Below, in pieces: positions 172,032 through 191,376 of a stretch of DNA of 248,000 nucleotides (positions are counted from its first letter, which is position 1; each line of letters starts with the position of its first letter). The notes below the pieces were generated by a model. It saw only the letters and a program-made list of their open reading frames with translations. It was not told the DNA's origin and made no database searches. The position numbers were made by a program, and so were the translations under genes. This stretch comes from Octopus vulgaris (Eukaryota), in NCBI GenBank assembly GCA_951406725.2, contig OX597822.1, positions 43,420,001-43,668,000 on the forward strand, written 5' to 3'.

Positions 172032-172274
172032 AGTAGTAGTAGCAGTAACAGTAGTGGTAGAGGAGGGGTAAGGAGTCGTCTTTTGGTTGATGATGATGAT
172101 GATGACGATGATAATGATGTTTGTGATACTCCTGCTCTATTTCTCTCGTCATCTTTTCTCCATGTATACATGTTTTCATATTTTGTTGTTCGTTTCTTCT
172201 TCTTCTTCTTCTTCTTCTTCTTCTTCTTCTTCTTCTTCTTCTTCTTCTTCTTCTTCTTCTTCTTCTTCTTCTAC

Positions 172275-172318
<44 letters not shown>

Positions 172319-172755
172319 GAGTCGGAGAGCAGTGCATGCCATCAAAGTGACACTGGGGTAATATATACGAAGTTCAGTATACACATCACGACTACCTGTC
172401 TGATAAGGGTACTCTAGGCACATGCATCACAACCATATTTGCGCGATATAGTGATCCCATAGCACATGACCTTGCAGGTGGGGGCCAAGTTAGAATTTTC
172501 TTCTGGCCGAGTAACCCATCCCGCTCCAAAGGTCCCTAAATAAGAGTTGTTTAAGGATGTTGAACGAAACACCCCTGTTTCCAGAGATGAATTATTCAAA
172601 CCCCAAAGAATCCCTCTCAACACTGACAAGCAAATCTGTGGTATTGAGCAGAATATTTGCTGTAGCCCATCTTTTATACCAAGACAAAACAATATACATG
172701 ATAACACTTCCAATCAGTTAAGATCAGAAGCCACTGCCTGGTACTGCACCAGGGC
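172319..172755 (-). mobile_element. ~555-bp element with internal deletions
   Basis: Retains both termini; (ATT)n on both sides. Confidence 0.8.
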
Positions 172756-172766
172756 ATCTATTATTA

Positions 172767-172806
<40 letters not shown>

Positions 172807-173041
172807 TTTTTTTATTATCATCATCATAATCAAGGCGGCGACGGGCAGAATCGTTAACACGCTGGATGAAATACTTAGCAGCCTTTCGCCCGTCTTTACA
172901 TTCTGAGTTTAAATTCTGCCTTTCATCCTTTCGGAGTCGATAAATGAGGTACCAGGGAAACACTAAGGTCGATGTAATCGACTTGCCCCCTCTCACAAAA
173001 TGTTTCGGGCCTTGCGCCTTTAGTAGAAAGGATTATTATTA

Positions 173042-173129
<88 letters not shown>

Positions 173130-173524
173130 CATTATTATTATTATCATTATTATTGCCAAAACATCATATTGGAGACAATGTTGGTTTTGATTTTGCCTGG
173201 AATTGAACAAATGTGTCTGTTGATTGCAGAATATAATCCTACTAATCTTCTGATTCTTCTAGATGCATCAACGCACATTACACGCCACTCAGATAGATCT
173301 GGATAATAATGTTTTCAGGGTGTTCAATTAAGCTGTATAAATTTTAGTGTTTGTCTCAAATTATCCTTATAGCTGACCAGAGTTCTCCCTTTGCCACGGA
173401 ATCACTGTACTTGTTGATCATATTAAAGAATTCTCGGAATGCGATCAGTCCATTGCACTGAATACTCAACAGCTTGCTTTCGATATAGGAGATATCACAA
173501 CTTAAAATAAATTTGGGACTATAG

Positions 173525-173671
173525 ATGCAGGAGTGGCTGTGTGGTAAGTAGCATGGTTCTGGCGTCAGTCTTGCGGCGTGGTACCTTGGGCAAGTGTCTT
173601 CTATTATAGCTTCGGGCCGACCAAAGCCCTGTGAGTGGATTTGGTGGTCGGAAATTGAAAGAAGCCCATCG

Positions 173672-173730
<59 letters not shown>

Positions 173731-174245
173731 GTATATATATATGTATATATATATATATGTATGTATATATTTATGTATGTATATATTTATGTATGTATAT
173801 ATAAAGGGAGAATTCACAAAAAAAAAACAAAAGACGAAGAGAGATGGTGTAGACAACAAACAGATGTCTTAGTATAACACTAAGTGAAAAATCATTTAAC
173901 GTTTCGAGCCTACGCTCTTGCACAGAAAGGAACACAGGAAGAAACAAGGAGAGAAAATAAAGAACGTGTAGTGGCTAGCGATCTATCATGCCGAATGCCG
174001 AACAGAAGGGTCACACAGGAGAGCTAGGGAGAAGGGGAGATGTACATGATTGTTTGTCTGTGTTTGTTCCCTAATCATCACTTGACAACCGATGCTGGTG
174101 TGTTTATGCCGTAGTAACTTAGCGGTTCAACGAAAGATACCTGTAGAATAAGCACTAGGTTTACAAAGAATAAGTTCTGGGGTCGATTTATTCGACTAAA
174201 GGCGGTATACCAGCATGGCCACATCAAATGACTGAAACAAATAAT
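173525..174245 (+). mobile_element. CORE-like SINE interrupted by a PLE fragment
   Basis: Head 173525-173670, insert 173805-174045 with a mutated A6U hammerhead (-), tail 174050-174245. Confidence 0.75.
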
Positions 174246-174419
174246 TGGGTAAAACAGAATGTGATATCTTACTTTGCGCAGATATTAAGCAGATAGTGCA
174301 CGTGAAAGTTTTCAAGTTTCCTTACGTTTGTTGATGGGTGTCCATACTTCTGCGACAGAGAAATTGTGCTCAAAATACAAAATTTGTATATGCTTATTAT
174401 AGTTTTCAAACTTACATTG

Positions 174420-174700
174420 TATTCATCTCACAAACGATGGAAACGTTTTTCACAAGCAACTGCAGCTGTAGATATTCTAATATTGATTTCATCATCAAAA
174501 GTACTTTTAAAATCCACTGCAGTTCCAACATATTTAAATGACCTGACCCATTTGAGTGGCTTATTGTCAATCATCACATTTTTATCTTGAGTATCTGTCG
174601 TGTCCGGCTTTGGATCAAACAAAACTTCAGTCTTCTTAATTCTGATAGACAACCCAAATGCACGATCATCTGCTGCAGAAAGCCAGGCAACTGTTTCTTG
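174420..174700 (-). mobile_element. RTE-clade RT C-terminal fragment
   Basis: KKTEVLF, VRSFKYVG, DDEINIRISTAAVA. Confidence 0.7.
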
Positions 174701-174868
174701 AATCCCTTCAAATAATAATTTTTTGCCACAAGGGCAGCTTGGGGGAGGTGGGGATTAGCCGATTACACCGACCCAGTGTTTCACTGGTATTTAATTTATC
174801 GACTCCGAAAGGATGAAAGGCATAGTCGACCTCGGCGGAATTTGAACTCAGAACGTAGCGATAGGCGA

Positions 174869-174952
<84 letters not shown>

Positions 174953-174965
174953 TATAATAATAATA

Positions 174966-175029
<64 letters not shown>

Positions 175030-175556
175030 GAATTAAACGCCACTGTCATGGCTGGAATACCTCTCGTCATGGGTTATCTTTAATCGGTTCTTATGCACGG
175101 CAATAACAGAACAATAACAAAATAACTATAAAAGAAACAACACTAATAAAAATGTGATTTGAAAATTTCAAATCAGACAAAACTAAATATAAAACACCAG
175201 AACAAATAACAGAGAAATGTAAGATTTGCGTCCGTTTTATATTGATTTTTTTGGTCTGAGTTTCACGGAAGAACATAAAGTAAATTATAGATTTGTTTGT
175301 CTAATTTAGTAGAATAATTTTACTGTTGTATGACTTCGGTACATTTGATACAATTCGTCTTTAATTTAGTTCTCTCTCTCTCCTCTCCCTCTTTCTTTCT
175401 TCCTTTCACTCTCCACCTCCCTCTCTCTCTCCTTCTGTCTCCCCTACCCCCGCAGACCCAGTGAAGTAAACAAAACTAAGAGTATATATTAAATATTACT
175501 TTGTGGTATTTATTTTAGTTCTAATTTAGAGAGAAGCTTGGAAGTACTAATTAGAA

Positions 175557-175614
<58 letters not shown>

Positions 175615-176241
175615 AATATACATAGATACATACATGTATGTATATGTATATATACACGAGTACGTATATATATATATGTATTATATGTATACATATACAC
175701 AAGTACGTATGAATATATATGTAAATATATATATGCACATATATATACATACGTATACACACACAGACATCTATATATATTTAAATATATGTATGTATAT
175801 GTGTGTGTATGTGTATGCAAACTCTATATGACTGTGATTAAATGGCTATCTTTTAACAACTTATAGTTACCTTTCATTATTTCAACATATGAAAATTAGC
175901 AAACGCGTGTGCCATACGTAATCCCATAGTTATGCTGTTTGTATCAATACGGATGAGTCTGACAATACAGCTGCGAAATAAAAATACGGTGTTGTTCACA
176001 ATGTATAATTTCATGGGTGTGTTCCGTGAAATAAATAGATGCTTTATTGGATGTTTTGTATTTCATGATGACATATATTAACATGACAAAGCAAAGATTT
176101 ATGAAGGATTCTTTCGCGTCTAATGATGTGTCGTTGACTTATAAAGACAATTGCCAACTTTGCAAGAAATATTTTTCGTTATATTCCGGCATCTGATACA
176201 AAATGTCGTGCGGAATGTGGAACGAGGGCCATTTCAACGAT

Positions 176242-176290
<49 letters not shown>

Positions 176291-176339
176291 CAACAATAAC
176301 AGCAAACAAGCTGATGTCGTCCAGAAACACACGCATCAA

Positions 176340-179650
<3,311 letters not shown>

Positions 179651-180332
179651 AATGTCTTCCACGATGATTCACAATCAAGTATCAAAGCATATAATATACG
179701 GAAAGAGACCGTGTGAGACCTCTGAGTGCAGACAGGTGTCCGCTCTCACAGAATCAACCAGAGAAACAGGACCTAGAACTCTGAGAAGTAAAACGATGAT
179801 GATGATGATGATGATGATGACGATGATGACGATGATGACGATGATGATGATGATAATAATGATAATGATAATAATAATAATGATAATAATAATAATAACA
179901 ATAATAAAAATAATAATGATGATGATGATAACAATAATAATAACAACAACAACAAAAACAACAACAAAAACAATAATAATATTAATAATGATAATAATAA
180001 TAATAATGATTTCAAATTTTGTCACACGGGCAGCAATTTTGAAGGGCGGCATGAGTCGATTAGATCGACCCCAGTAAGCAAATGGCACTTAATTTATCGA
180101 CCTTGAAAAATGGAAGGCAAAGTCAACCTTTACGGAATTTGAACTCAGAACGTAACGGCAGACGAAATGCCTCTAAGTGATACATTTGACGACGCATTAG
180201 ATCACATCGTCTAGGGGTTTCCTTTGATGACATAACCAAACGAATACAAAAATCGGCACCAAATCGACTTCATGAGATATTGTCAGTTGGAATAGAGTTC
180301 ATACCGTCACGTGATAATGACCATCCATCCAC

Positions 180333-180397
<65 letters not shown>

Positions 180398-180493
180398 GGT
180401 CTGTCTATATATTCATCCATCCATCAGTTCCACTTCTTTTAAGTACATTTCGTTTTAAAATTAAACAAATACAGATACATTTGTACTCATAGC

Positions 180494-180542
<49 letters not shown>

Positions 180543-180726
180543 ATACATACTCACCCATAAACATACAAATAAAAGTGCATACATTTTCACATGCTAACGA
180601 TTCTGCCAACTCGCAACCACTTAGGCAAATTGCAAGCGCTATTGGGCGGGGCGTATAGGTGGTTAGTAAAAGCTATCGACCCCATCGGTTAGATCACTTG
180701 TGGAATAAACCACTATATTTTGTATG

Positions 180727-180789
<63 letters not shown>

Positions 180790-180791
<2 letters not shown>

Positions 180792-181205
180792 TTGTAAAGT
180801 AACGATTGTTTGCGAACCTGATGTGGCAGCCCTATTTTGGGGCGAATGCTACTGTTGTTTAGTCCCAGGAGACATCGACTCCAGCTGGCTATACGACACA
180901 CTATCTGTGTCTCTATATTTTCGAACAAGAGAGGTATACCCCCCACCCAGCACAAAGCAGTATCGTACGGTTTCAGACGAAAAGTTATTCAGTTCCGACG
181001 AAGAGAACACCCCCTGAAACTGTACGGTCAACAAATATTGCTTTGTTCTGGGATGGGGTGCTAATCTTCCCTTTTAGAAAATATGAGGACATAGACCATG
181101 TGTCGTATAGACAGCTGGAGACGATTTTTCGGTGGGCTAAAGAACAGTAGCAATCGCGCCAATGTAGGACTGCCACATCAGGTTGGCAATAAGGTTTGTA
181201 ACTTA
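180790..181205. repeat. Diverged ~200-bp-arm palindrome with U4C hammerhead
   Basis: gtt-CCGACGA-agag..ccct-GAAAC-tgtacg-GTC-aac at 180992-181032. Confidence 0.7.
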
Positions 181206-181209
181206 ATAT

Positions 181210-183432
181210 CACTCGTTGAGAGATTTAGGAACAACCATCACTCTGCTTAATGCAGACTTGAAAATTTTGGCCAAGGTGTTAGCCAAGAGGTTGGCGCTTG
181301 TCATCGAGAAACTGGTCGACAAGGCGCAAACGTGCGCCGTGCCGGGCCGGACCATCCATGACAACCTCCACCTGATGCGCTACATCATAGACAGGGTAGT
181401 TAACGAACCTGGCATGGGTGGGGCGCTGATCAATTTGGATCAATCGAAAACTTTCGATAGGGTAGACCATCGATACTTGGAGGCAGTCCTCAGAGCGGCT
181501 GGCTTCGGTCCCGTCTTCCGCGGCTGGATAGCCGCTTTGTACAGAGGCATCCGTTCGGTAATTCGCGTAAATGGACATCTATCGAGACCTTTCGACATCG
181601 CACGTTCGGTCCGTCAGGGATGCCCCCTCTCGGCGCTTCTATACGTATTGACTCTCGAGCCACTACTGCGGAAGCTGGCGACTCTGAAGGGCATCCCGCG
181701 AGAACTGGGATGCGGGACGAGTGTGTCTGCATACGCGGACGACGTCACCGTCATAGTGTCTAGCCACGAGCAGGTCGGCAAACACTGAAAAACTACGAAG
181801 CGGTGACAGGAGCAAAAATCAACCTGGAAAAGTCAGTGGGTTTGCGACTAGGCACCTGGAGAAGCAAGCCCATGCCGTCCACCAGCGCCTCCGTTGTGGG
181901 ACGCTGGATCGACGGTCCGGTCGAGTTGCTCGGGGTCTGGTTCGGTTCGGACCTCCAAATGGAGAAGAACTGGAACGAGATAACGAGTAGGGTGGTCTCT
182001 CTCGCCCGGCAATGGGCCGAGAGGAAACTGTCCCTAAAAGGTCGGGTGAAGGTGGCGAACACGTACATCGCGTCCGTCATCTATTACTGCCTGACCGTCG
182101 TGCCTTGTCCCAACCCTACCATCACCAAACTAGAACGCATTCTCTTTTGCTTCTTGTGGAAAGGATGCGTCCCGATGGTCAGGCGATCCATTTGCTGTCA
182201 ACACCCGTTAAAAGGAGGATTGGGCATGCCGTGGTTGATGATGCGCAGACACGCGCTGAGACTGCAACATCTCAGGCTTTTCGTAGACGAAGGTGAACAG
182301 GTGTGGTCGCCGTTTGTGAGGCTCGTCTCCATGACCGAACTGCAATCGTGGATCAAAAAAAGGGCGAGGAAGGGCGAATGGCACCGCGAGTGTCGCGTTG
182401 CTCTCAAGCAACTCTGCCGTCCTGGGTCAACCTTGAGTGACTCCATCACAACCAAAGCATTCTATAGGGGATTAGTGGAGGGGAGGTACGACGACGAGCT
182501 CGGGGCGAACCTGGACGTCGACGAGGAATACCTGACCCGCCTGTTCGGGACGACTTTCGGGCCAGGGCCCATGGACAACTTCCAGAGATCCCTGGCCTGG
182601 CAGTGGTACCGAGAAGCGCTACCTGTTCGGGATAAGCTCTACAGACACGGCTCGAGAAACACGGGGCCGACCTGCCCGAGATGTGGTCAGAGCGACGAAA
182701 CCGTTCTGCACGTACCCGTGCAGTGTGCAACAATTTCCGACCTGTGGGCTTATGTCGAACAACTGCTGTCACGTGTGGGACGAGTCGGTTTAGTAGCTGA
182801 GTCTATCGTCAATATTGTCACGCCTCCTTCCTTCAAACGGGAAGGAAGAGCTATTTTCATCATCCTTGTGGCTATGGCGAAAGAATGTATCTGGTGGACG
182901 CGTCTGAAAGGATTGGAAACAAACACCTTCCTCTCTGATCACCCTCTCATCAACTTCTTCAAGTACCACTTGAAAAGGAAAGTGAGAGTAGAAAGGCAAG
183001 TTTTGTCTAGCGAATGTTTTAAAAAAAGATGGGTGAATGTAGCAAGGATGGCACGTGGATGGCAAGGATGTAACAAGAATGGTCTATTTCGTAGGCTTTT
183101 CTTCCCACGGATAAACCTTACTTGCTTTCCCCTTTACACCATACATCATGACACTGTGATACACGATCCCTATTGATCGTTTTCTTTTCCTCTTCCCCCC
183201 TTTTTTCCGCTTTTTCTTCTTTTTTCATTTTTCTCTTCCTTTGTTCCTTTTCCCTTTTTTCTTATTTTCTTTTCCTTTTTTTTTTGTTCTTTTTTCCCTT
183301 TTACGATCCCTTTTGATCGAAAACCTACGCCACCCTTTTTTTTAATTCTTTTTTTTTTCATCCCCCAACAGAAAAGCTCTACCTTGTAACTTGTCCCATG
183401 TGTGTGCAGCCCTGTGTGGCCAATAAAGAAAC

Positions 183433-183433
<1 letters not shown>
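181210..183433 (+). mobile_element. Tx1 LINE, truncated within RT
   Basis: High similarity to the 160516 copy; ends ggccaataaagaaac(ttatc)n. Confidence 0.93.
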
Positions 183434-183496
<63 letters not shown>

Positions 183497-184623
183497 ATAT
183501 ATATATATATATATATATACATAACATACACACACACGCGCGCGCTCATACACGCACACATATAGGCGCTAGAAGGTCTGTGTGTTAAGAAGCTTGCTTT
183601 CCAACGACATGTTTCCGGGTTCAGTCCAACTGCATAGCAATTTGGGCAAGTGTCTTCTACTATACACTTGGGCCGGCCAAACCCTTGTGAATGGATTTGG
183701 GTGACGGAAACAGAAAGAAGCCCTTCGTATATATACATATGTGTGTGTGTGTGTATACATACATATATATATATATATGTATATATGTATATATATATAT
183801 ACGTATGTGTGTATCTGTGTTCCCCAACCATCGCTGGACAACCGATGTTGCTGTGTATACGTCCTCGTCACATAGCTGTTCGGCAGAAAGAGACCGACAG
183901 AATAAGTACTAAGCTCACAAAGAATAAGTCCTTGGGTGGATTTGTTCGACCAAAGGCGGTGCCCCAGCATGGCCGCAGTGAAAAACTGAAACATGTAAAA
184001 GGATGTGTATATATATATATATATATATATATTTGCATGTATGTATATATGTATGCATGCATATATGTCTATTTATTTTATGTATAATCATATCCATGCA
184101 GATATAGAAAATTCTACTTTCACCCAAACTTCTTCTCTCATCGGCGCAGGATACTACAATTATGAATAATTGTATATTAAATTTTGTAACGAGTAGAGGA
184201 GAGCAAAGATCACAGGTTGCTAACGCGGCAAGTGATATCACAACATAGAAAAACCGTAAAATATTGACCAGTGGTCGTTGCTTTAAAACTATTTATATTA
184301 ATGATTTTTGCCTCGTGTTCGTCCCACGATACTCCCCCAGCCCATATCCAATATCTTGTCGCTAACCGTATATCGCTAAAAGCCTGCTATTAGCCATTAA
184401 CATTAAGCATTAACCTGCGTTCCAACTGCAGTCAGGCCCCTAAAGTGGTTAGCAGAATTTCCATCTAGCTATTAGAGTGGTCATCTCCGGTCAAACGTTG
184501 AAGCGTTGATCGGAGATATCGTTTTGTAACCCTTGCCTGGCTTTGATCCCATTATTGACTTCATGAAATGTTGTCAGTTGGAATAGAGTTCATACAGTCA
184601 CGTGATAATGACCATCCATCCAC

Positions 184624-184708
<85 letters not shown>

Positions 184709-184825
184709 GGTCTGTCTATCTATTCATCCATCCATCAGTTCCAAATTCGGTGTGTTGGTGAGGCAATTCCTTGTATATATGTATATATATATACGTATGT
184801 GTGTATCTGTGTTCCCCAACGATCG

Positions 184826-184922
<97 letters not shown>

Positions 184923-185006
184923 TACTCACCCATAAACATACAAATAAAAGTGCATACATGTTCACATGCTCAATCTCGGTCATTAAGTGTCTGTGTAGTA
185001 GGGCGC

Positions 185007-185051
<45 letters not shown>

Positions 185052-185084
185052 AATCTATCTATCTATCTATCTATCTATCTATAT

Positions 185085-185711
<627 letters not shown>

Positions 185712-186352
185712 ACTATCCTTCGACCATTCTATCTGTTTCTCTATCTGTCTATCTCTGTATTTTGTCTGTCTATTTGTCTATCTCGATTTGTACATTTGTA
185801 CACGCATATATCTCTACATATATATGCGTTTCTATAAATAGGCATACACACATGCACGCACACATACACCCATACACACACATACATACACACACACACA
185901 CACGTTTGGGGCTTCGTGTCTCAGCTAGAGACTATTACGTAATTATTTGTAATCCAATTATCAGTGAATTATTATCAAATTTAATTGTCTCCTCGCAAAG
186001 TCGTTCTAATCTCTCCTCACTTACCCGTTACAGTGTGTAAACATCTGAGGAGGTTTGCATAATTGCTACAGTACTTACCAAACATAAAACGTGCTGCCAA
186101 ATGCCGCCCTATAATTTTTAAACTAATTTAAATTTATGTCCCCTGTTTGGTGGCTGGATTGACAGATGTAGGGAGAGAGGGCAATAAAGGGATAGCTGGA
186201 TAATAACCATAGTATCAGTTTGTCAGGCTTGAGTATGAAGCTAGAAAGTGTAATGTCGGTTGTTTTAAAAAGAGGACCTTAGGTAGGCGGTTCCTGTGGA
186301 CTCCACATCAACTATCCACGATCCTTGACGGGAATAGTGGGCGGTGAAAATA

Positions 186353-187576
186353 TTGGTTCATCCCATAAATAATGCAGTTTTCTCAACTGCATAAACTAAA
186401 AGTTGGAGAGGGACTGGATAAACTACCTGCATCAAGTTGCTATAACAGCAGGCAGTAATTTAACCTTGTGCTTATTCTTAGTGCAAGTTTTGAAGAGTGC
186501 AATTTGATCTTAACAGTGGGTTTTTCAAAGCTATAATGGTGGTGACAAAGGAACATATTCGGGAAATTATACTTTGAGTTCAATAAAGACAACAACGCAT
186601 CGGAAAGTGCGAGGAATATTAATGCAGTATATGGGGATCGGACAATAAGCGTAAGCCAGTGTCAATGGTGGTTCCAGAAATTCTGAGACGGAAACTACAG
186701 TCTAGAAGATGAGCCTCGCGCTGGAAGATCTTTAGAGCTCGACGAGGACGTCCTGAAAACCCTGGGGGATAAAACCCCATCGTAACTTTTGAGGAACTAG
186801 CAGAGAACCTTCTATTTAGTCATTCAACTATTCATCAACAACTGCGTGCCATCGGAAAAGTTAGAAAATTGGGTCAATGGGTTCCTCAGAAAGTTTTCGA
186901 ATCTGAAAGTAAATGTGTTCTCTTCTTTGCTGTCACGTCTCAGGAATGAAACTAGTTTGGGGACCGAATAGTGACTGGTGACGAGAAACGGGCTCTCTAT
187001 AAAAATGTCAAGAGGCGAAGATAGTGGGTAGGGAAAGGATGAACACCGGCATTCCAGGCTAAGGAACGTCTTCACTCACATAAGGTGTTCTTATCTGTTT
187101 GGTAGGACATGAAAGGTTTAGTCCTCTTAGAACTTTTAAAATCAAACCAAACGATAACAAAGGAGATCTACTACGAGCAGCTTAAGCGGCTTAATCGTTA
187201 GAAGAAAAACGACCATCTTTGGTTTCAAGACGAAAGATGATATTCGAAAGGCTGGACCAGTTTGAATGGGAAACAATGCCCCACCCGCCATTTTCGCTGG
187301 ACATTGCCCCTTCTGATTATCATTTATTCTGCAGTCCTCGAATCATTTGGAAGGAGAAAATATGAATTCTGCAGACGAGGTCAGAGGTGTATTTTTATTG
187401 ATGGACAAGTGAATTTTAGAAGAGGGTCCTTGCAAGTCAACCAGATAGATAGAAGAGAATTGTAGAAAATGAAGGAGAGTAGAAAAGAATTTTGGATTAG
187501 AAAAGAATTTTGTTTATGTTAATTTTGAAAAGGTAAAAGAAGTATAAAAATCTGCATTATTTATGGGATGACCTAC
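186353..187576 (+). mobile_element. Full-length degenerate mariner
   Basis: TIRs ttggttcatcccataaataatgc / gcattatttatgggatgacc; EHIR.I, SLEDEPR.GR, GQWVP, IVTGDEK motifs. Confidence 0.85.
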
Positions 187577-188199
187577 AAATGTATGGACATGAATTTCGGA
187601 TTTTCTGCCCATGGATTTATTGTCAACTATTTTTAGTATTTAATTTTAGTTGGTGAAGGTGCGTGGTTAGGGGTGTTGCAATCACAGATGCCAGATCGTG
187701 AGTTCGTTTCCTGGATGGAATGAGGAGTTGTATTCTTTAGCAAAACACTTCATTTCATCTTCACTGTGAGAGTGGTAAAATTATTGGTGCGTTGACGGAA
187801 ACACTCTACTGTATATTCGGCCCCTTTACATTCTGGATTCAAATCCCATATACATGGAGAAGGCCACGGGAAACCTGCAGTGTTCATCCTAAGTCTGATC
187901 ATCGTAACCGAAGTTCCACTGATCAAATTAACGATTGCAGAGAGGGGCCTGTGCCTTTTCAGGTCGGACAGGGATTGCTGGAGATAGTTCACAAGTACAG
188001 GACACAGGACAAGACAATTTCATTTGATGAAATTTTGGCTCCCTTCTTTAAATATTAACGTCCGTTGATATCTGTTCGTACAACAATTATAAACCATATC
188101 TGGAACATGTTTGCATGTTATTTGTTTCAATTGCTTAATTAATGAAACATTTTCGTAATAAATCTAAATCCTTTCTCAATCGTTGTAAGGTATAAACAA

Positions 188200-188820
188200 A
188201 TATGATATTAATTACTCTTCGGCGTTTTCAAAAAAGCTAATTAACGTAAACAAAATAATTTCTCATTCATCTCCAAACAAAGAAATCTATTACAGCAATG
188301 GCCTAAGGAATAGTGGATTCTATATTATGACTACCTTCCCACCTAAGTTCCCCCACAATACCAACAAACAAGAATCTTCAAAATTTAATATATCCTTCCC
188401 TCCAAATGTCTAAACCTGTTTAGAAAAGACGTATTTGTGAAACTCATTGACAAAAGAAAAAAGAGAAGCGTTTCCTTACATTACAGACGGCAGAAGTTAT
188501 TCAACAGTAACACAATTGAGAATCAAATCCTTCAGCATTTGCACAACCGATATATAAGTATCTATGCAAAAGATTGTATCAACCTTCTAGGAAAAATTAC
188601 ATTAGGTACATGCGCTGTAACTATAACTATAAAGGGTTACAGTGTGATATATCTCATTAGTAACAGGAATAATGACATCATTCCACAACACTACATAGAC
188701 ATGAGTGAAGGAAATTTTAAACATCGCTACTACAACAACGTTTCTCATTTCCCAAATGCAGAATAGGGGAGCGTCGCAGCTACTTAGAACTATCTATGGA
188801 GATTAGAATAGATGTGATTA
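188200..188820 (+). mobile_element. PLE GIY-YIG remnant
   Basis: QHYIDMSEGNFKHRYYNNVSHF resembles YIGxTExxFKxRYxNHxxSF. Confidence 0.55.
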
Positions 188821-189139
188821 TTAACACGTTCAGCATCCTTTGTGATAAACTGAACCAAAATAAGGCAAACATTGATAATTCCAAAATTTGTGGCCACGAA
188901 TTACTGGGAATGTTTTATTCTTAATAAGCCCAAGAACTACAAAAAGTTCAAATGTTGGAAGGTTGAAAAACTTCTCCAAGTTAATTATAATCAAATATAC
189001 AAGGAGCCAGGTTAAAAGCATAAAAACTTTGCTGTTGATCTGTATATTCATGGGTTCACGGATGCGGTGAAACATTAGCCCGACGTCCTATATTCGTTTC
189101 TCTTCAAGGCACGAGGCCCCTTTTTTTTTTGGGGGGGGG

Positions 189140-189822
189140 GCAGTCGATCAGATCGACTCCAGTACGTAACTTGTACTTAATTCATCGACCCTAGAATGAT
189201 GAAAGGCAAAGTCGACCTCGGCGGAATTTGTACTCAGAACGTAAAGACAGGCGTGCTAACGTTTATTATTTCTTTATTGCCCACAGGGGGCTAAACATAG
189301 AGGGGACAAACAAGGACAAAGAGATTAAGTCGATCATATCGACCCCAGTGCATAACTGGTACTTACTTAATCGAACCTGAAAGGATGAAAGGCAAAGTCG
189401 ACCTCGGCGGAATTTGAACTCAGAGTGTAACGGCAGACGAAATACCTATTTGTTTATTGCCCACAGGGGACTAAACATAGAGGGAACAAACAAGGACAGA
189501 CAAAGGGATTAAGTCGATTACATCGACCCCAGAGCGTAACTGGTACTTGACTTATCGACCCCGAAAGGGCGAAAGGAAAAGTCGACCTCGGCGGAATTTG
189601 AACTCAGAACGTAGCAGTAGACGAAATACCTAAAACACAGAAAGGACAAACGGATTAAGTCAATTATATCGACCCCAGTGCGTAACTGGTACTTAATTTA
189701 TTGACCCCGAAAGGATGAAAGGCAAAGTCGACTTCGGCGGAATTTGAACTCAGAAGGTACCGGCAGACGAAATACCGCTAAGCATTTCGCCCGGCGTGCT
189801 AAGGTTTCTGCCAGCTCGCCAC
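189140..189822 (-). mobile_element. Multimeric Meta-type SINE (4-5 core units)
   Basis: ggcaaagtcgacctcggcggaatttgaactcag recurs at ~189205, 189395, 189580 and 189720. Confidence 0.85.
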
Positions 189823-189989
189823 CTTAGCCTGACGTCCTATATTATTGACATTTCACCTCGCGCATGCTTAGACGCAAATTGTCAACATATCTCTACAGAT
189901 GAAGAACACCTAAATAATAGAATAGAATCGCCATTCAAGAGAAAAACAGGACTGAATCATAATTAATCGTCGCAGAATATGGTGTTTAG

Positions 189990-190943
189990 TGTGAAACTAA
190001 AAGTCATGGAAAAGTAAAAGGCAATGTCTCTCAACCACCGGTATTGAGTACTTAATATTTTGTTTGTCAACCCACTTAGAATTTTGTGTAATAAGGACAG
190101 TGTGTGCTTGTGTGTGTGAGCGTGCGTACGTATGTGTGTATATGTGTGTGCGTACGCGCCTGCGTATGTGTATGTACGTGTGTGCGTGCGTGTATGTATG
190201 CGTGCGTGGGTGTACGTACCTGTGTGTGTGGGTGCGTGCCTGTGGGTGTGTTTGTGTATGTGTGTATGTATGTGTGTACGTATGTGCGTGTGTGTGCGTG
190301 CGTGTGTATCTGTATGTGTGTGTATATGTGCGTGCGCGCGGCGCGCATACGTATGTGCGTGTTTGTGCGCATACATGCGTGTGCATGCCTGTGTATGTGT
190401 GTTTGTGTATGTGTTTATGTGTGTGTATGCGTACGTTTGTGTACGTATGTACGTGTGTGTGTGCGCGTATGCACGTGTGTATGTGTGTATTTGTGTGTAT
190501 CTGTGTGTGCATACGCGCGTGCATGGATGTACGTACATGTGGGCGTGTGTATGCACACTTGTGTGTGCGTGCTAGTGTGTGTTTTGTGCATGTGTGTATG
190601 TGCGTGTCTATGCGTATGTGTGTGTGTACGTATGTGTGTGTGTTTGTGTGCGTACGTACGTGTGCAAGTGAATGTGTGTGTATATGTGTATGCGTACGCG
190701 CGTTCGTGTGTGTACGTACGTGTGTGTATGTGCGTGTGTGTGACCAGTTGTGTGTGCGTACCTGTGTGTGTGTACATATGTACGTGCGTGCGTGCACGTT
190801 TGTGCGTGCGTATGTTTGTTTGCTTAGCTGTGTGTGCGCAGGTGTGTGACTGTGCGTCTGCTCGTGTGCTTATGTGCCAGTGTGTGTGTATGTGTGTGTG
190901 CATGTATGCGTACGCATGTGTGTGTGTCTGTGTGTACCTATGT

Positions 190944-190978
<35 letters not shown>

Positions 190979-191076
190979 CGTATGTTTGTTTGCACACTCG
191001 TGTGTGCGCACCTTTGTGTGCGTGATCCTGTGTGTCTGTGCTCGTGTGATTATGTGCCAGTCTGTGTGTGTGTGTG

Positions 191077-191142
<66 letters not shown>

Positions 191143-191145
191143 TGT
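189990..191145. repeat. 1.15-kb degenerate (TG/CG/TA) alternating purine-pyrimidine tract
   Basis: Continuous RY alternation; a similar tract lies at 107050-107560. Confidence 0.9.
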
Positions 191146-191335
191146 AACGAAGTCGACAGCAACAGTACAAAACAAACACGATGACGTCATGTTAGAAAAA
191201 TAAAACTTATACGACGTACCGAAGCCACGTCATTCCAGCATGTTGAACTCTTGCTATGAAATATAGCATACAGACAGATAACAATGATAGTAGTAATAGT
191301 AGCAGCAGCAGCAATAGTAGTAGTAGTGGTAGTAA

Positions 191336-191376
<41 letters not shown>

